DNA of 64,000 bases from a candidate division FCPU426 bacterium (GTDB taxonomy: Bacteria > Oederibacteriota > Muellerivitia > Muellerivitales > Muellerivitaceae), in assembly GCA_963719085.1 (NCBI GenBank), contig CAVRAL010000001.1, positions 480,001-544,000 of the forward strand. Direction: 5' to 3'. Position 1 is the first letter of the stretch, and every line of letters starts with the position of its first letter. This document shows positions 9,435 through 18,915 of the stretch, in pieces. The position numbers and the translations under genes were made by a program. The notes beneath the pieces are model-generated. The model was not told the origin of the DNA, did not search any database, and saw nothing but the letters and a program-made list of their open reading frames with translations.

Positions 9435-12400
9435 TTGAAAAAACAAAAATTAAAATCGATTCAATTGTTCGTTTGGGCCGCCGGATTTTGTTTTTTCCTT
9501 TCAGCCGCCGACGCGGCCACCAATATCCCCTCGCAGGCCTGGAGCCGCGACATCAACGCCGGGGGCTATACGGATGGGGCGCCGATCGGCGGTTTTGGCG
9601 CGGGAACCATGACCTGGGATTTTTCGGGGAATTTTTATCTGGGCCGCCTCAACATCGCCACCGCGGCCGTCACCACGGGCAACGCCCCCTACGCGATTGA
9701 CGCCAACGCCCATTTCTATATGTACCAAAAACTTTCGGGCCAAGCCGCGGTCGAGAAAATGCTCAACGCCGCCACCTTGGGATCGGGGGAGGCCACCTAT
9801 TACTCCCTTTTTCCAAAAGCTTGGGTGGATTATTCCGGCCCGACTTTTCCCCTGGAAACCAAAGTCACCCAGTTCTCGCCGATCATTCCCGGGGATTACC
9901 AGCGAACCAGTTATCCTGAGGGGATTTATGAGTGGGACGTCACCAACAGTCAGGCGGTCTCCTGCGATTTCGCGGTGATGCTGACCTTTGACAATACCTT
10001 CGGCGGCACCAACGCGGCCGTCACGACCTCCGGAAGCAATGTGGGATTGGTATTAACCCGCAATACGGGCAACGCCTCCAGCCCCGCCCAGGGTGAGTTT
10101 TCTTTGGCGTCCCAAACCTCCACTGGCGTGACGGTGACCTATGAGTCGGCGGCGGCATTGACCACCCTTCAGACGGCTTTCGCGGCTTCGGGTAACCTGG
10201 CGGATACCACGGGCAACAACACGATCGGCGCGATCGCTTTTAAGGTGACCCTGGCGCCGGGTCAATCGGTGAAAATCCCAATTGTGCTGGCTTGGGATAT
10301 TCCGCAAGCTAAGCCCGGCACGGGAGCCGCTTGGTACCGCGAATACACGAAATACTATGGCGGCGTCGCCACCGGGCGCACCGGGTTTAATTCCGGGGCA
10401 ATCGCTTTTGACGCGCTCAATAATTACGCCACCTGGGAAGCTTCCATCGACAGCTGGCAATCGGGCATCCTCACGGGCAATTATCCCGACTGGCTCAAGC
10501 AAATGCTTTTCAACGAGCTTTACTATTATTTTACCGGCGGAACCATGTGGGAAGCGGGGCAGGTGGGCAGTACGGCTTTCGACGCCAAACCCAGCATGTT
10601 CAGCAGTTTGGAAAGCTACATTTATGATTTTTATGGGACATCGGACGTGCGTTTTTACGGCTCTTGGCCCTTGGCCTTGCTTTGGCCCAATATCGATAAA
10701 CAGGAAGTCCAGCAGTTTTGCGACAGCGTGACCACGGGCACCAGCTTGATCGGGGTGGCCCCGCTTTCGGCCGCCACCTGCGCCCATGACATCGGCGACG
10801 ATAACGGGGTCTTCACCGAATGGAACGCTTACGTCTACCGCGATTCCACCACTTGGAAAGATTTGAACTCGAAATTAGTGCTGATGGTTTACCGGGCCTG
10901 GGAATTGACGGGGAAGACCGACACGACTTTTCTCAATTATTGCTGGCCGGCGGTCCAGGCGGCCATGACCAAGGTCCACGGCGAGTGCGACGCCAACGGG
11001 CTGCCCTACTCCAACGGCATCGACCAAACTTATGATGACATGGGGCTGTATGGCGACACGGCTTATTGCGGAAGCTTGTTTTTAGCCGCTTGCGAGGCGG
11101 CCCAATCCATCGCCACGGCCGAAGGCAATAGCGCCTTGGCCACCACTTACGGAACCTGGCTGACGACGGGACAGACGGGATTCAATACCTTATGGAACGG
11201 AACTTATTACAACATTGATAACGGAGCCACCGACACGGCCCAAAACCGGATCATGGTGGATCAATTGGCCGGGGAATGGTATGCCAAAGCCTTGGGGCTT
11301 CCGGGAATCGTCAGTGACGCGAACGCCAACAGCGCTTGGCAGGTGATCCATGACAATAACTGGAAAAAATTCGATGGGGGCGCCCATGGCGCCGTGAATG
11401 TCATGACGGCGGCCGGCGCGATTGATACGACCTGGCCCCAAAGTCAGGAAGCCTGGGTGGGGGTGAGTTGGGGGGCGGCCGCGGGAATGATCCAACAGGG
11501 AATGTTCACCCAAGGCACGGATTTGGGCTATAGCCTTTACAACAGTATTTGGAATTTGGGGCAGTTCTGGTTTAGAACGCCTGAAGCCTGGGAGACCGGG
11601 CTCGCCAATTTCCGGGCCCCCTATTACATGCGGGCCAACGCCATTTGGGCCGTGAAGCACGCTTACGATATCGCCCCGCCGCCCTGCGGGCTTTTGACCT
11701 GCACGGCCACGCCCACCTTTAGCCCCACCCTCACCCAAACCCCCACCGCCACGGTCAATCCTTGCGCTTATATTTATGAGGCGGTGGATTGCGGTTCGGC
11801 GGCCCAGACGATTATCGGCGGCGTGACTTGGCTGGCGGATAAAGCCTATACGGCGAGCGGCTATGGTTATGTGACGGTGGGAACGACCGCCACCACGGCT
11901 ACCGCGATCACCGGTTCCGGCGCCCAACAGCCTATTTACCAAAGCGAGCGTTACGCCCCGACGTTGGAATATAAATTCACGGTCCCGAACGGGACTTATC
12001 AGGTGACGATTAAAAACGCCGAGCAATATTGGACGGCGCCGGGGAAGCGGGTCTTTAACGTGGCCATCAACGGCGTCACGGTTTTAAACAACTTGGATAT
12101 TTTTTCCCAAGTCGGCGAATTCGCGGCGGATGACCACACCTTCACGGTTTCGGTGACGGGAGGGCTCATTGACTTGGTGGAAGCGGCCAGCGCGGATAAC
12201 GCCGAATTGACCGGCGTTGAGATTGTCAGTGAGGCGCCTTGCTCTCCCACCCCTTCGCCTACTCAAACTTTCACCCCGAGCCCAACGGTTACGCCCACAC
12301 CCACCTGGACGGTGACTAAAACCATGACCATGACGCCCACGGTTTCACCGACCGCCTCCGCTAGCGCTACGGCGTCCGCTACCGCTTCGGCGTCCGCGAC

Positions 12401-13190
12401 TTCGACGCCGACCCTGACCGCTACAGTATCCGCCACGGCTACGATTACCCAGACGCCTCAGTTCTCGCCGACCGCGACCGCTACTTCGACCTTAACGGCG
12501 ACCCTGACCGCGACGGTTTCCGCTACCGGGACCCCTTCCATCACGGCGACTTCCGCCTTTTCGCCAACCGCCACCGTTTCCCCCACGAGGACAATGACCG
12601 CTTCGGCAACCGGCACTCCGTCATTGACGGCTACCCCCACGACGACCCCGTCCTTCACTAAGACGGTTACATTGACGGTGACGCCAAGCGCGACTAAAAC
12701 TCCAACCCTGATCCCCACCGCTTCCCCTACGGGAACAATGGCCGCTTCGGCGACGCCGACCGCTTTGGCGACAGCGACCCCTTCGCCGACGCTCACAATG
12801 ACGCCGATTCCTACCCAAACCGCCTCGGCCACCGCTTCCCCGACGCCCTTGCCGACGAATTCTCCCACGGGGACCCTGACAGCGACCCCGATCCCCACGA
12901 TGTCGTTCACCGATATATCGGCGCCTTATCCCAACCCCACTTCGGGCGGGCCGGTTACGATTCAATTGAATTTATCGGGGTCTTATCAAGTCAAGTGGGA
13001 CATTTTTACGACCGCTTTCAGGAGAATCGCGGGCCAAAGCAGCAATTCCTTGCCGGGGAATACTTTGATTTGGAATTTAAAGGACCCGGAAGGCCAGGAA
13101 GCGGCCAATGGCATTTATTATTGGCGAGTTGAATTAAAAGACGCCGGCGGCAGTCACACCCGTCTGGTCAAGATTCTTGTCCTGCGATAA
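9435..13190 (+). CDS. Secreted GH116 beta-glucosidase-like enzyme + malectin-like domain + Thr stalk + T9SS-like CTD
   Basis: Signal peptide (ADA-A); GH116 motifs APIGGFGAG, FNELY, LESYIY..TSDV, WKDLN, DQTYD, FRTPEAW, YMR; malectin motifs YQSERY, VPNGTY.V...AE, RVFNV.ING, LDIF; CTD PYPNP..FTTAFR..NGIYY..KILVLR. Confidence 0.85.
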   Translation: MKKQKLKSIQLFVWAAGFCFFLSAADAATNIPSQAWSRDINAGGYTDGAPIGGFGAGTMTWDFSGNFYLGRLNIATAAVTTGNAPYAIDANAHFYMYQKLSGQAAVEKMLNAATLGSGEATYYSLFPKAWVDYSGPTFPLETKVTQFSPIIPGDYQRTSYPEGIYEWDVTNSQAVSCDFAVMLTFDNTFGGTNAAVTTSGSNVGLVLTRNTGNASSPAQGEFSLASQTSTGVTVTYESAAALTTLQTAFAASGNLADTTGNNTIGAIAFKVTLAPGQSVKIPIVLAWDIPQAKPGTGAAWYREYTKYYGGVATGRTGFNSGAIAFDALNNYATWEASIDSWQSGILTGNYPDWLKQMLFNELYYYFTGGTMWEAGQVGSTAFDAKPSMFSSLESYIYDFYGTSDVRFYGSWPLALLWPNIDKQEVQQFCDSVTTGTSLIGVAPLSAATCAHDIGDDNGVFTEWNAYVYRDSTTWKDLNSKLVLMVYRAWELTGKTDTTFLNYCWPAVQAAMTKVHGECDANGLPYSNGIDQTYDDMGLYGDTAYCGSLFLAACEAAQSIATAEGNSALATTYGTWLTTGQTGFNTLWNGTYYNIDNGATDTAQNRIMVDQLAGEWYAKALGLPGIVSDANANSAWQVIHDNNWKKFDGGAHGAVNVMTAAGAIDTTWPQSQEAWVGVSWGAAAGMIQQGMFTQGTDLGYSLYNSIWNLGQFWFRTPEAWETGLANFRAPYYMRANAIWAVKHAYDIAPPPCGLLTCTATPTFSPTLTQTPTATVNPCAYIYEAVDCGSAAQTIIGGVTWLADKAYTASGYGYVTVGTTATTATAITGSGAQQPIYQSERYAPTLEYKFTVPNGTYQVTIKNAEQYWTAPGKRVFNVAINGVTVLNNLDIFSQVGEFAADDHTFTVSVTGGLIDLVEAASADNAELTGVEIVSEAPCSPTPSPTQTFTPSPTVTPTPTWTVTKTMTMTPTVSPTASASATASATASASATSTPTLTATVSATATITQTPQFSPTATATSTLTATLTATVSATGTPSITATSAFSPTATVSPTRTMTASATGTPSLTATPTTTPSFTKTVTLTVTPSATKTPTLIPTASPTGTMAASATPTALATATPSPTLTMTPIPTQTASATASPTPLPTNSPTGTLTATPIPTMSFTDISAPYPNPTSGGPVTIQLNLSGSYQVKWDIFTTAFRRIAGQSSNSLPGNTLIWNLKDPEGQEAANGIYYWRVELKDAGGSHTRLVKILVLR
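12243..12900 (+). repeat. Low-complexity coding repeat (T-x)n stalk
   Basis: T/A/S/P-rich alternating pattern. Confidence 0.85.
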
Positions 13191-13215
13191 TTTTTTCACC
13201 GGATGAATTTGACGA

Positions 13216-13221
13216 TATAAT
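13216..13221 (+). promoter_or_regulatory. Consensus -10 box, possible leaderless promoter
   Basis: TATAAT ends 6 nt before ATG 13228; no SD. Confidence 0.45.
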
Positions 13222-13227
13222 AAGCCA

Positions 13228-14250
13228 ATGACCACCCACTCCTCTCCTTTGCGCGTTGGTGTAATCGGCTTAGGCCAAATCGCCCTGAAGGCCCATTTGC
13301 CCGGATACGAAAAAGCCGAAGGCTGCCGCCTTACGGCCCTCTATTCTTCCCGCGAAAACGTCGCCCAAAAAGTGGCGGTTCAGTATGGAATCCCCACTAT
13401 TTTCACCGATTGGAAAAAACTTCTGGCCTCTCCCGAGGTGGACGCGGTCTCCATTTGTACCCCCAATTTCACCCACGCCCCGATTACTTTGGAAGCTTTA
13501 AAAAGGGGAAAGCATGTTTTAGTGGAAAAGCCCATCGCCATTTCAACGCGGGACGCGGAGGCCATGATCCGCTTGGCGGGTAAAAAAAGACGGGTCCTGA
13601 TACCGCACCATAATATGCGGTTTGACCCGGCGGTCCGCACCGCGCGCAAACTCCTCGCGAAGGGAACCATCGGGAATGTTTTCGCTTTCGCTTGTTCCTT
13701 GGCCCATCCGGGCCCCCAAATCTGGAACCCGAACTCCAAATGGTTTTTTAACATCAAATCGGTTGGGGGCGGGGCTTTGATGGATTTGGGCGCCCACATG
13801 TTCGACAGCCTTCGATTTTTGCTTCGGGAGGACCCCAGCGAAATTCACGCCACCGTCCCCAAGTCGGAAAAAGGGAAGGGCGGTGAATCCCATTGCGCCT
13901 GCCTTTTAAAATTCAAGGGCGGCTCCGTGGGAACCATGACCTTGAGCTGGGCCGACACGGATTATCACAACCGTTTTTATTTTTTCGGGTCCAAGGGAAC
14001 CTTGTTCCTGAATTTGGGCAATGGGGAACCTTTGGTTTTGGAACTGAGAAAAGGCTCGGGGCGATTTTTGCCGCCTTTGGCCAAGGACGCTTTTAAACCC
14101 TCCATCTACCAACACTTCGTGGATTGCGCCGTGACCGGGCAAAAGCCTTCGGTCACGGCGGGGGATGGGCTTCGGGCGCTTCAAGTCATTCAGGCCGGTT
14201 ATGAATCCATCCGCCGAGGAATTCCCGTTTCCACCCGGTTTTTAGACTGA
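13228..14250 (+). CDS. Gfo/Idh/MocA family oxidoreductase
   Basis: GVIGLGQIA, VDAV.ICTPN..H, KHVLVEKP, GGGALMDLGAH. Confidence 0.9.
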   Translation: MTTHSSPLRVGVIGLGQIALKAHLPGYEKAEGCRLTALYSSRENVAQKVAVQYGIPTIFTDWKKLLASPEVDAVSICTPNFTHAPITLEALKRGKHVLVEKPIAISTRDAEAMIRLAGKKRRVLIPHHNMRFDPAVRTARKLLAKGTIGNVFAFACSLAHPGPQIWNPNSKWFFNIKSVGGGALMDLGAHMFDSLRFLLREDPSEIHATVPKSEKGKGGESHCACLLKFKGGSVGTMTLSWADTDYHNRFYFFGSKGTLFLNLGNGEPLVLELRKGSGRFLPPLAKDAFKPSIYQHFVDCAVTGQKPSVTAGDGLRALQVIQAGYESIRRGIPVSTRFLD

Positions 14251-14252
14251 AA

Positions 14253-15596
14253 ATGACCGGTGGTTTTTGCCGCAAGACCGCGGTTTTTCAAGCCGGTTTC
14301 TGGCTGCTATTGAGCCTATTTCAGTTAGGGGCCCAATCCGAGCCCGCTCCCGAGGCTCAAGCGGATTTGCTGGCGAAGGCCGACTCGGTTTTGGAGGAGG
14401 TCTCCCGGCTCAGCGGCCTTCCCATCCACGACAATGTTTCCATCGAATTTAAGGACCGGGATTTTTTTGAGAACTATTACGCGCTCCGCCTTCAAGCCCA
14501 ATATCCCCCGGCCCGCCAAGCGGCGGTCGAAAAGGCCTATGTCTTACTGGGCTTTTTGAGGCCGGGCGAGGATTTAATCCAAACTTATTTGGACTCTTTC
14601 TTGAAATCAGTTCAAGGCTATTACGATCCGGACCAGAAGACCTTGGTTTTGGCCGATTGGGCGGATCCCCAAAGCCAAGAAATGACCATGGCCCATGAGT
14701 TGACCCACGCCTTACAAGACCAGTCTTTTCCCCTCAACGCCTATTTTGCCCAGGTCCCGAATGAAACCATGGATTCCCAATTCGCCCAAAGCAGTCTAGT
14801 GGAGGGACAGGCCGTCCTGGTGGCGGCTGAGTATTGGACGCGAAGAAATAGCGAGCCCTTTATCCGTCCTTCGGGGGTGATTGAGCTGGCGGATCCGAGG
14901 TCCCTGGGTAAATCGACGGATGACTCGACTTTGGAGACTATGAGCGCTAAAGGCGCGATTGATTTTCCCTATGTCTACGGTCCGGTTTTTTTTAAGGCTT
15001 GTTTGAAGGGACGGGACAAAAAAGATTTAAGCCGGCTTTTTAAAGATCCGCCCACCACGACCCAACAAATTATGCATCCGGAAGATTTTGTTTCCGGGCG
15101 GCGGGAATCGGAATGGCGGGAGCCCGCCGAATGGGGACGGCCCACCCTCGAGGGTTATTCCAAGTTCTGGGAAGACTCAATGGGGGAATACGGACTTTTT
15201 CTGGTTTTGCGCCAATATCTGGATGACGACGAGGCTTGGAAAGCGGTCGAAGGCTGGAGGGGCGACCGGTTGCGGGCTTATGAAAATCCGGAAAATGAGA
15301 AAAAGGTTTTGGTGGGCAGCGTTTTGATGAAAGACGCGGCTTCGGCGGGGTTGTTTTTTAAATCGTACGGAAAACTTCTGGCCCGCAAGTACGGAAAATT
15401 TAAAGAAACAAATTCGGGCGAATGGGTGGATGGCTTCGATTTGTCCCCGGGCGGGAATCGGGTTTATTTGGAGCGGTTTGGCCGACAAATTATTTTCGCC
15501 GAAGGAATCCCCGCCGCGGATACTCCGGCGGTCCGTCGAGCGCTTTTGAACTTGAAGGCGCCCCCGGATCCAAGCTCCAAGGCCGGGGCGGATTAA
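14253..15596 (+). CDS. Secreted zincin-like putative metallopeptidase
   Basis: Signal peptide; GYYDP, AHELTHALQDQ (HExxH), downstream LVEGQA, FPY.YG, PPTTT.QI.HPE. Confidence 0.65.
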   Translation: MTGGFCRKTAVFQAGFWLLLSLFQLGAQSEPAPEAQADLLAKADSVLEEVSRLSGLPIHDNVSIEFKDRDFFENYYALRLQAQYPPARQAAVEKAYVLLGFLRPGEDLIQTYLDSFLKSVQGYYDPDQKTLVLADWADPQSQEMTMAHELTHALQDQSFPLNAYFAQVPNETMDSQFAQSSLVEGQAVLVAAEYWTRRNSEPFIRPSGVIELADPRSLGKSTDDSTLETMSAKGAIDFPYVYGPVFFKACLKGRDKKDLSRLFKDPPTTTQQIMHPEDFVSGRRESEWREPAEWGRPTLEGYSKFWEDSMGEYGLFLVLRQYLDDDEAWKAVEGWRGDRLRAYENPENEKKVLVGSVLMKDAASAGLFFKSYGKLLARKYGKFKETNSGEWVDGFDLSPGGNRVYLERFGRQIIFAEGIPAADTPAVRRALLNLKAPPDPSSKAGAD

Positions 15597-15617
15597 TGGG
15601 ATGCCGCGGCCGGGCCG

Positions 15618-15646
15618 TTGACAGTGGGTGAGGGGGCTCCTAAACT
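15618..15646 (+). promoter_or_regulatory. sigma70 promoter for trxA
   Basis: TTGACA, 17 nt, TAAACT. Confidence 0.6.
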
Positions 15647-15717
15647 TAATGAGCTTGACGAAAAGGCTGTAACCTTTTGGATCTAAAATCCTTATTGATA
15701 ACTAACCGGAGGCGGTC

Positions 15718-16047
15718 ATGGGCGATACTTTAAAAACAACGGATGCCAGTTTTAAACAGGATGTTTTGCAATCCCCGCTTCCCGTTTTGGTCGACTTTTG
15801 GGCCGAGTGGTGCGGGCCCTGCAAAATGGTGGGACCGGTCTTGGACGAACTGGCCAAGGAATATAACGGGAAAATCAGGATCGCCAAGGTCAATGTGGAT
15901 GAAAATCAGCAGGTCTCCGTGGATTTCCACATTCGAAGCATTCCCACCCTGCTTTTTTTCAAGAACGGCCAAATGGTGAAGCAGCTGATCGGCGCGCATC
16001 CCAAAAGTAAATTGATCAATGAAATCCAGGAAGTCATCGGAGCGTAA
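15718..16047 (+). CDS. trxA: Thioredoxin
   Basis: VDFWAEWCGPCKM, SIPTL; SD GGAGG. Confidence 0.95.
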   Translation: MGDTLKTTDASFKQDVLQSPLPVLVDFWAEWCGPCKMVGPVLDELAKEYNGKIRIAKVNVDENQQVSVDFHIRSIPTLLFFKNGQMVKQLIGAHPKSKLINEIQEVIGA

Positions 16048-16048
16048 A

Positions 16049-16489
16049 ATGAAAGGGAGCCCTCGATTAACGGCGGTTTTATTACTGGGCTTGGCCTGGG
16101 TTTATTTGGGATTGGGACAACTGCGGGCGACCACGGTGTCTCCGGTTCAAATCACCCCGGACAATTTTAAAACCGAGGTTTTGAAATCCAAGTTGCCGGT
16201 GATGGTGGACGTGGGCGCGACTTGGTGCGGGCCCTGCCATTTGCTGGCCCCCACGGTTGAGAAAATGTCGGGTGTTTACGCTGGGAAATTGAAGGTCGCC
16301 GACATGGACGCCGATCAAAATTCTGATTTAGTCGGGCAGCTGGGGGTTCAGGCTTTTCCCACCCTGCTGTTCTTTAAAAATGGGAAAGTCGTTAAAACGC
16401 TGATCGGACTCCAAACGGAAAAAGATTTGAGACTGGAAATCGACCACTTCCTGAAATCGGCCCAAAAAGCGCCTGTTCAGCCTTCTTAA
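16049..16489 (+). CDS. Thioredoxin paralogue with N-terminal signal/anchor
   Basis: MKGSPRLTAVLLLGLAWVYLGLG then ATWCGPCH, AFPTL; ATG 1 nt after trxA stop. Confidence 0.8.
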   Translation: MKGSPRLTAVLLLGLAWVYLGLGQLRATTVSPVQITPDNFKTEVLKSKLPVMVDVGATWCGPCHLLAPTVEKMSGVYAGKLKVADMDADQNSDLVGQLGVQAFPTLLFFKNGKVVKTLIGLQTEKDLRLEIDHFLKSAQKAPVQPS

Positions 16490-16514
16490 AAGCCCCGTCC
16501 GGGGCCCAAATGCA

Positions 16515-16544
16515 TTGACAGCTTTTTATCGTTTTTTCTATACT
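16515..16544 (+). promoter_or_regulatory. sigma70 promoter for secDF
   Basis: TTGACA, 18 nt, TATACT. Confidence 0.6.
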
Positions 16545-16616
16545 GCCCTCCGCTTGTTCCTCGGTTTTCCTTAGTTTTTCGTTCCATCGCACTCTCTTGA
16601 TGACGAAAGGTTTTTT

Positions 16617-17915
16617 GTGACTCTTCAAAGATTCATCGCTTGTGTGGTCCTTCTTTTGGTTTTGGCCTCCGTGTATTACGTCTATCCCCCCTCCCAAAAA
16701 CTGAAATTAGGTTTGGATATCAAGGGCGGCTTGGACATGAACCTGGAAGTGGATACGGATAAGATGCCGGGCAAGACCCAGGCTGAAATCTCGGACGCGG
16801 CGGACCGGGCGCTGGAGATTCTGCGCAACCGCGTGGACGGTTTGGGTGTGAGCGAACCGGTTTTGGAGCGGGAAGGGCCTTCGGGCATCGTCATCCAACT
16901 GCCGGGACTCAGCGACGTTCAGCGGGCGAAAGACATCCTTTTGTCGACAGCGCTTTTAGAGTTCCGTTTGGTTTCCACCGAGGACATCTCTCAATACAAA
17001 AAAGACGGGAAAGTGGACGAGAAGCTTTTGCCCAAGGGCGTCTATTACATGCAGGGCAAGGATAATCAGGATTATTTGGTGGAGGAGCCCCTTTTAACCG
17101 GGGACTCTTTGGTGGACGCCAATGTCCAACCGGATCAATACGGCCGTCCGATTGTTGAGTTTAAGCTCAACGACGCCGGGGGCAAAAAGTTCGGAATCTT
17201 GACAGGCGATAACATTCACCGTCAATTGGCCATTATTTTGGATCAACGGGTTTATTCGGCTCCGACCATTCAAGGCCGCATTCCGGGCGGCTCGGGGATT
17301 ATTACGGGTAGTTTCACCGACGAGGAAGCCAGGGACCTGGCCTTGGTTTTAAGGGCGGGCGCCTTGCCGGCGCCTTTAAAGATAACCAGCCAGTTTGAGG
17401 TGGGTCCGACGTTGGGGGCTGATTCGGTTAAAAAGGGGACCTGGGCGGCGATTTACGGTTTGATTTTGGTTCTTCTTTTTATGGGTATCTATTACGGTCT
17501 TTCCGGATGGATCGCCAATGTGGGGCTTCTCATCAATATGCTTTTCCTTTTGGCCTGCCTGGCGGGCCTTCAAGCGACCCTGACTTTGCCCGGCATCGCC
17601 GGCATCATTCTTACCCTGGGCCTTTCGGTGGATTCCAACGTCCTGATTTTCGAGCGAATCCGGGAAGAATTGCGCTTGGGCAAGACCATTCGGGCGGCCA
17701 TTGAGGCCGGTTACCACCGGGCCCTGGTCGCCATTATCGATACGCACGTGACCACTTTGATTTCCGCCGCCGTTTTGTTCCAGTTCGGAACCGGCCCCAT
17801 CAAGGGATTCGCCGTGACCTTAAGCCTCGGCGTTGCCTTGAGCTTGTTCACGGCGGTCGTGATCACCAAGATGATCTTTGACGCCCGTAAAAATTATAAA
17901 AGCCTCAGCATCTAA
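16617..17915 (+). CDS. secD: Protein translocase subunit SecD
   Basis: LGLDIKGG, RVDGLGVSEP, LRAGALPAPL, VGPTLG, VDSNVLIFERIREE. Confidence 0.95.
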   Translation: MTLQRFIACVVLLLVLASVYYVYPPSQKLKLGLDIKGGLDMNLEVDTDKMPGKTQAEISDAADRALEILRNRVDGLGVSEPVLEREGPSGIVIQLPGLSDVQRAKDILLSTALLEFRLVSTEDISQYKKDGKVDEKLLPKGVYYMQGKDNQDYLVEEPLLTGDSLVDANVQPDQYGRPIVEFKLNDAGGKKFGILTGDNIHRQLAIILDQRVYSAPTIQGRIPGGSGIITGSFTDEEARDLALVLRAGALPAPLKITSQFEVGPTLGADSVKKGTWAAIYGLILVLLFMGIYYGLSGWIANVGLLINMLFLLACLAGLQATLTLPGIAGIILTLGLSVDSNVLIFERIREELRLGKTIRAAIEAGYHRALVAIIDTHVTTLISAAVLFQFGTGPIKGFAVTLSLGVALSLFTAVVITKMIFDARKNYKSLSI

Positions 17916-17931
17916 TTAAGAAAGGCCTAAA

Positions 17932-18867
17932 ATGATTCAATGGTTTAAGGACCCCCAAATCAATTTCATGAAGCCGCGCCGGTTTTTCCTGGCCCTTTCG
18001 GGCCTGGGGATGGCCGCCGGTGTTTACGCCTGCCTCCTCATGGCCCAAGGCAAAGCCAATATGGGGACCGATTTTTCGTCCGGCTCCCTGTTGATCATTT
18101 CCGCTTCCCAAACCATGGATATTGATCCCATCCGCCAATCCCTTGAAAGTGGGGGCTACCAGGGCGCCCAAATCCAACAGGTGACCGGCGTGGGGGAAAC
18201 CGGCTTTAAACTCAACATCAAGTTAAAAAATAACCCGCAAACGGCGGTGGGCTCCACCGGCGACGGGGTCTTGGCCGTCTTGAATAAGGCCTTTCCCCAA
18301 GCCCAGTTTGTTCTGGAGGGGAGCAACGAAGTGGGGCCGGCGGTTTCGGCGAAATTGCGGGACGACGCCTTTAAGGCTTTTGTTTTCGCCATGCTGGGGA
18401 TATTGATCTACATCATTTGGCGCTTTGATTTTCATTTCGGCGTCGCGGCGATCATCACGACCCTCCATGACATCCTTATCATTTTGGCCGTCATTATTTT
18501 GAGCGGACGCGAGTTCAACCTGCTTCAAGTGACGGCGCTTTTAACCCTGGCCGGCTATTCCTTGAACGATACCGTGGTTACTTTTGATCGGATCCGTGAA
18601 AACTTGAAACTTTTAACCCAAGATCATGACTTTATCAGCTTGGTGAATTTAAGCGTGAATGAAACTTTAAGCCGGACCATCAACACCAGCGGCACGGTTT
18701 TTCTGACCCTTCTACCCTTGTGCATCATGGGCGGGGAGATCCTTAAGGATTTCGCCTTTACCCTTCTTTTAGGGGTGGTGGTGGGGACCTACTCGTCGAT
18801 CTTCGTGGCCAGCCCGATCTTGGTGGAATGGAACTTGATCTCAAAACCCAAGAGTTCCCAACCTTAA
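17932..18867 (+). CDS. secF: Protein translocase subunit SecF
   Basis: GTDFSSG, VGP, HD, GYSLNDTVVTFDRIREN, TLSRTINTS, GTYSSIFVA. Confidence 0.95.
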   Translation: MIQWFKDPQINFMKPRRFFLALSGLGMAAGVYACLLMAQGKANMGTDFSSGSLLIISASQTMDIDPIRQSLESGGYQGAQIQQVTGVGETGFKLNIKLKNNPQTAVGSTGDGVLAVLNKAFPQAQFVLEGSNEVGPAVSAKLRDDAFKAFVFAMLGILIYIIWRFDFHFGVAAIITTLHDILIILAVIILSGREFNLLQVTALLTLAGYSLNDTVVTFDRIRENLKLLTQDHDFISLVNLSVNETLSRTINTSGTVFLTLLPLCIMGGEILKDFAFTLLLGVVVGTYSSIFVASPILVEWNLISKPKSSQP

Positions 18868-18915
18868 CCTATTCGGGTTTGTCTTGGCATCCGCTGGACT
18901 TTGAGGAATGACGGG

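Noticed and set aside
3750..12965. Minus-strand Val/Gly/Ala-rich ORFs and alternative-frame His/Asp/Arg-rich ORFs (e.g. 3750-4454, 3849-4490, 7142-7576, 12458-12910)
   Set aside because: Shadows of the ACN-rich Thr stalks; they lie fully inside well-supported genes
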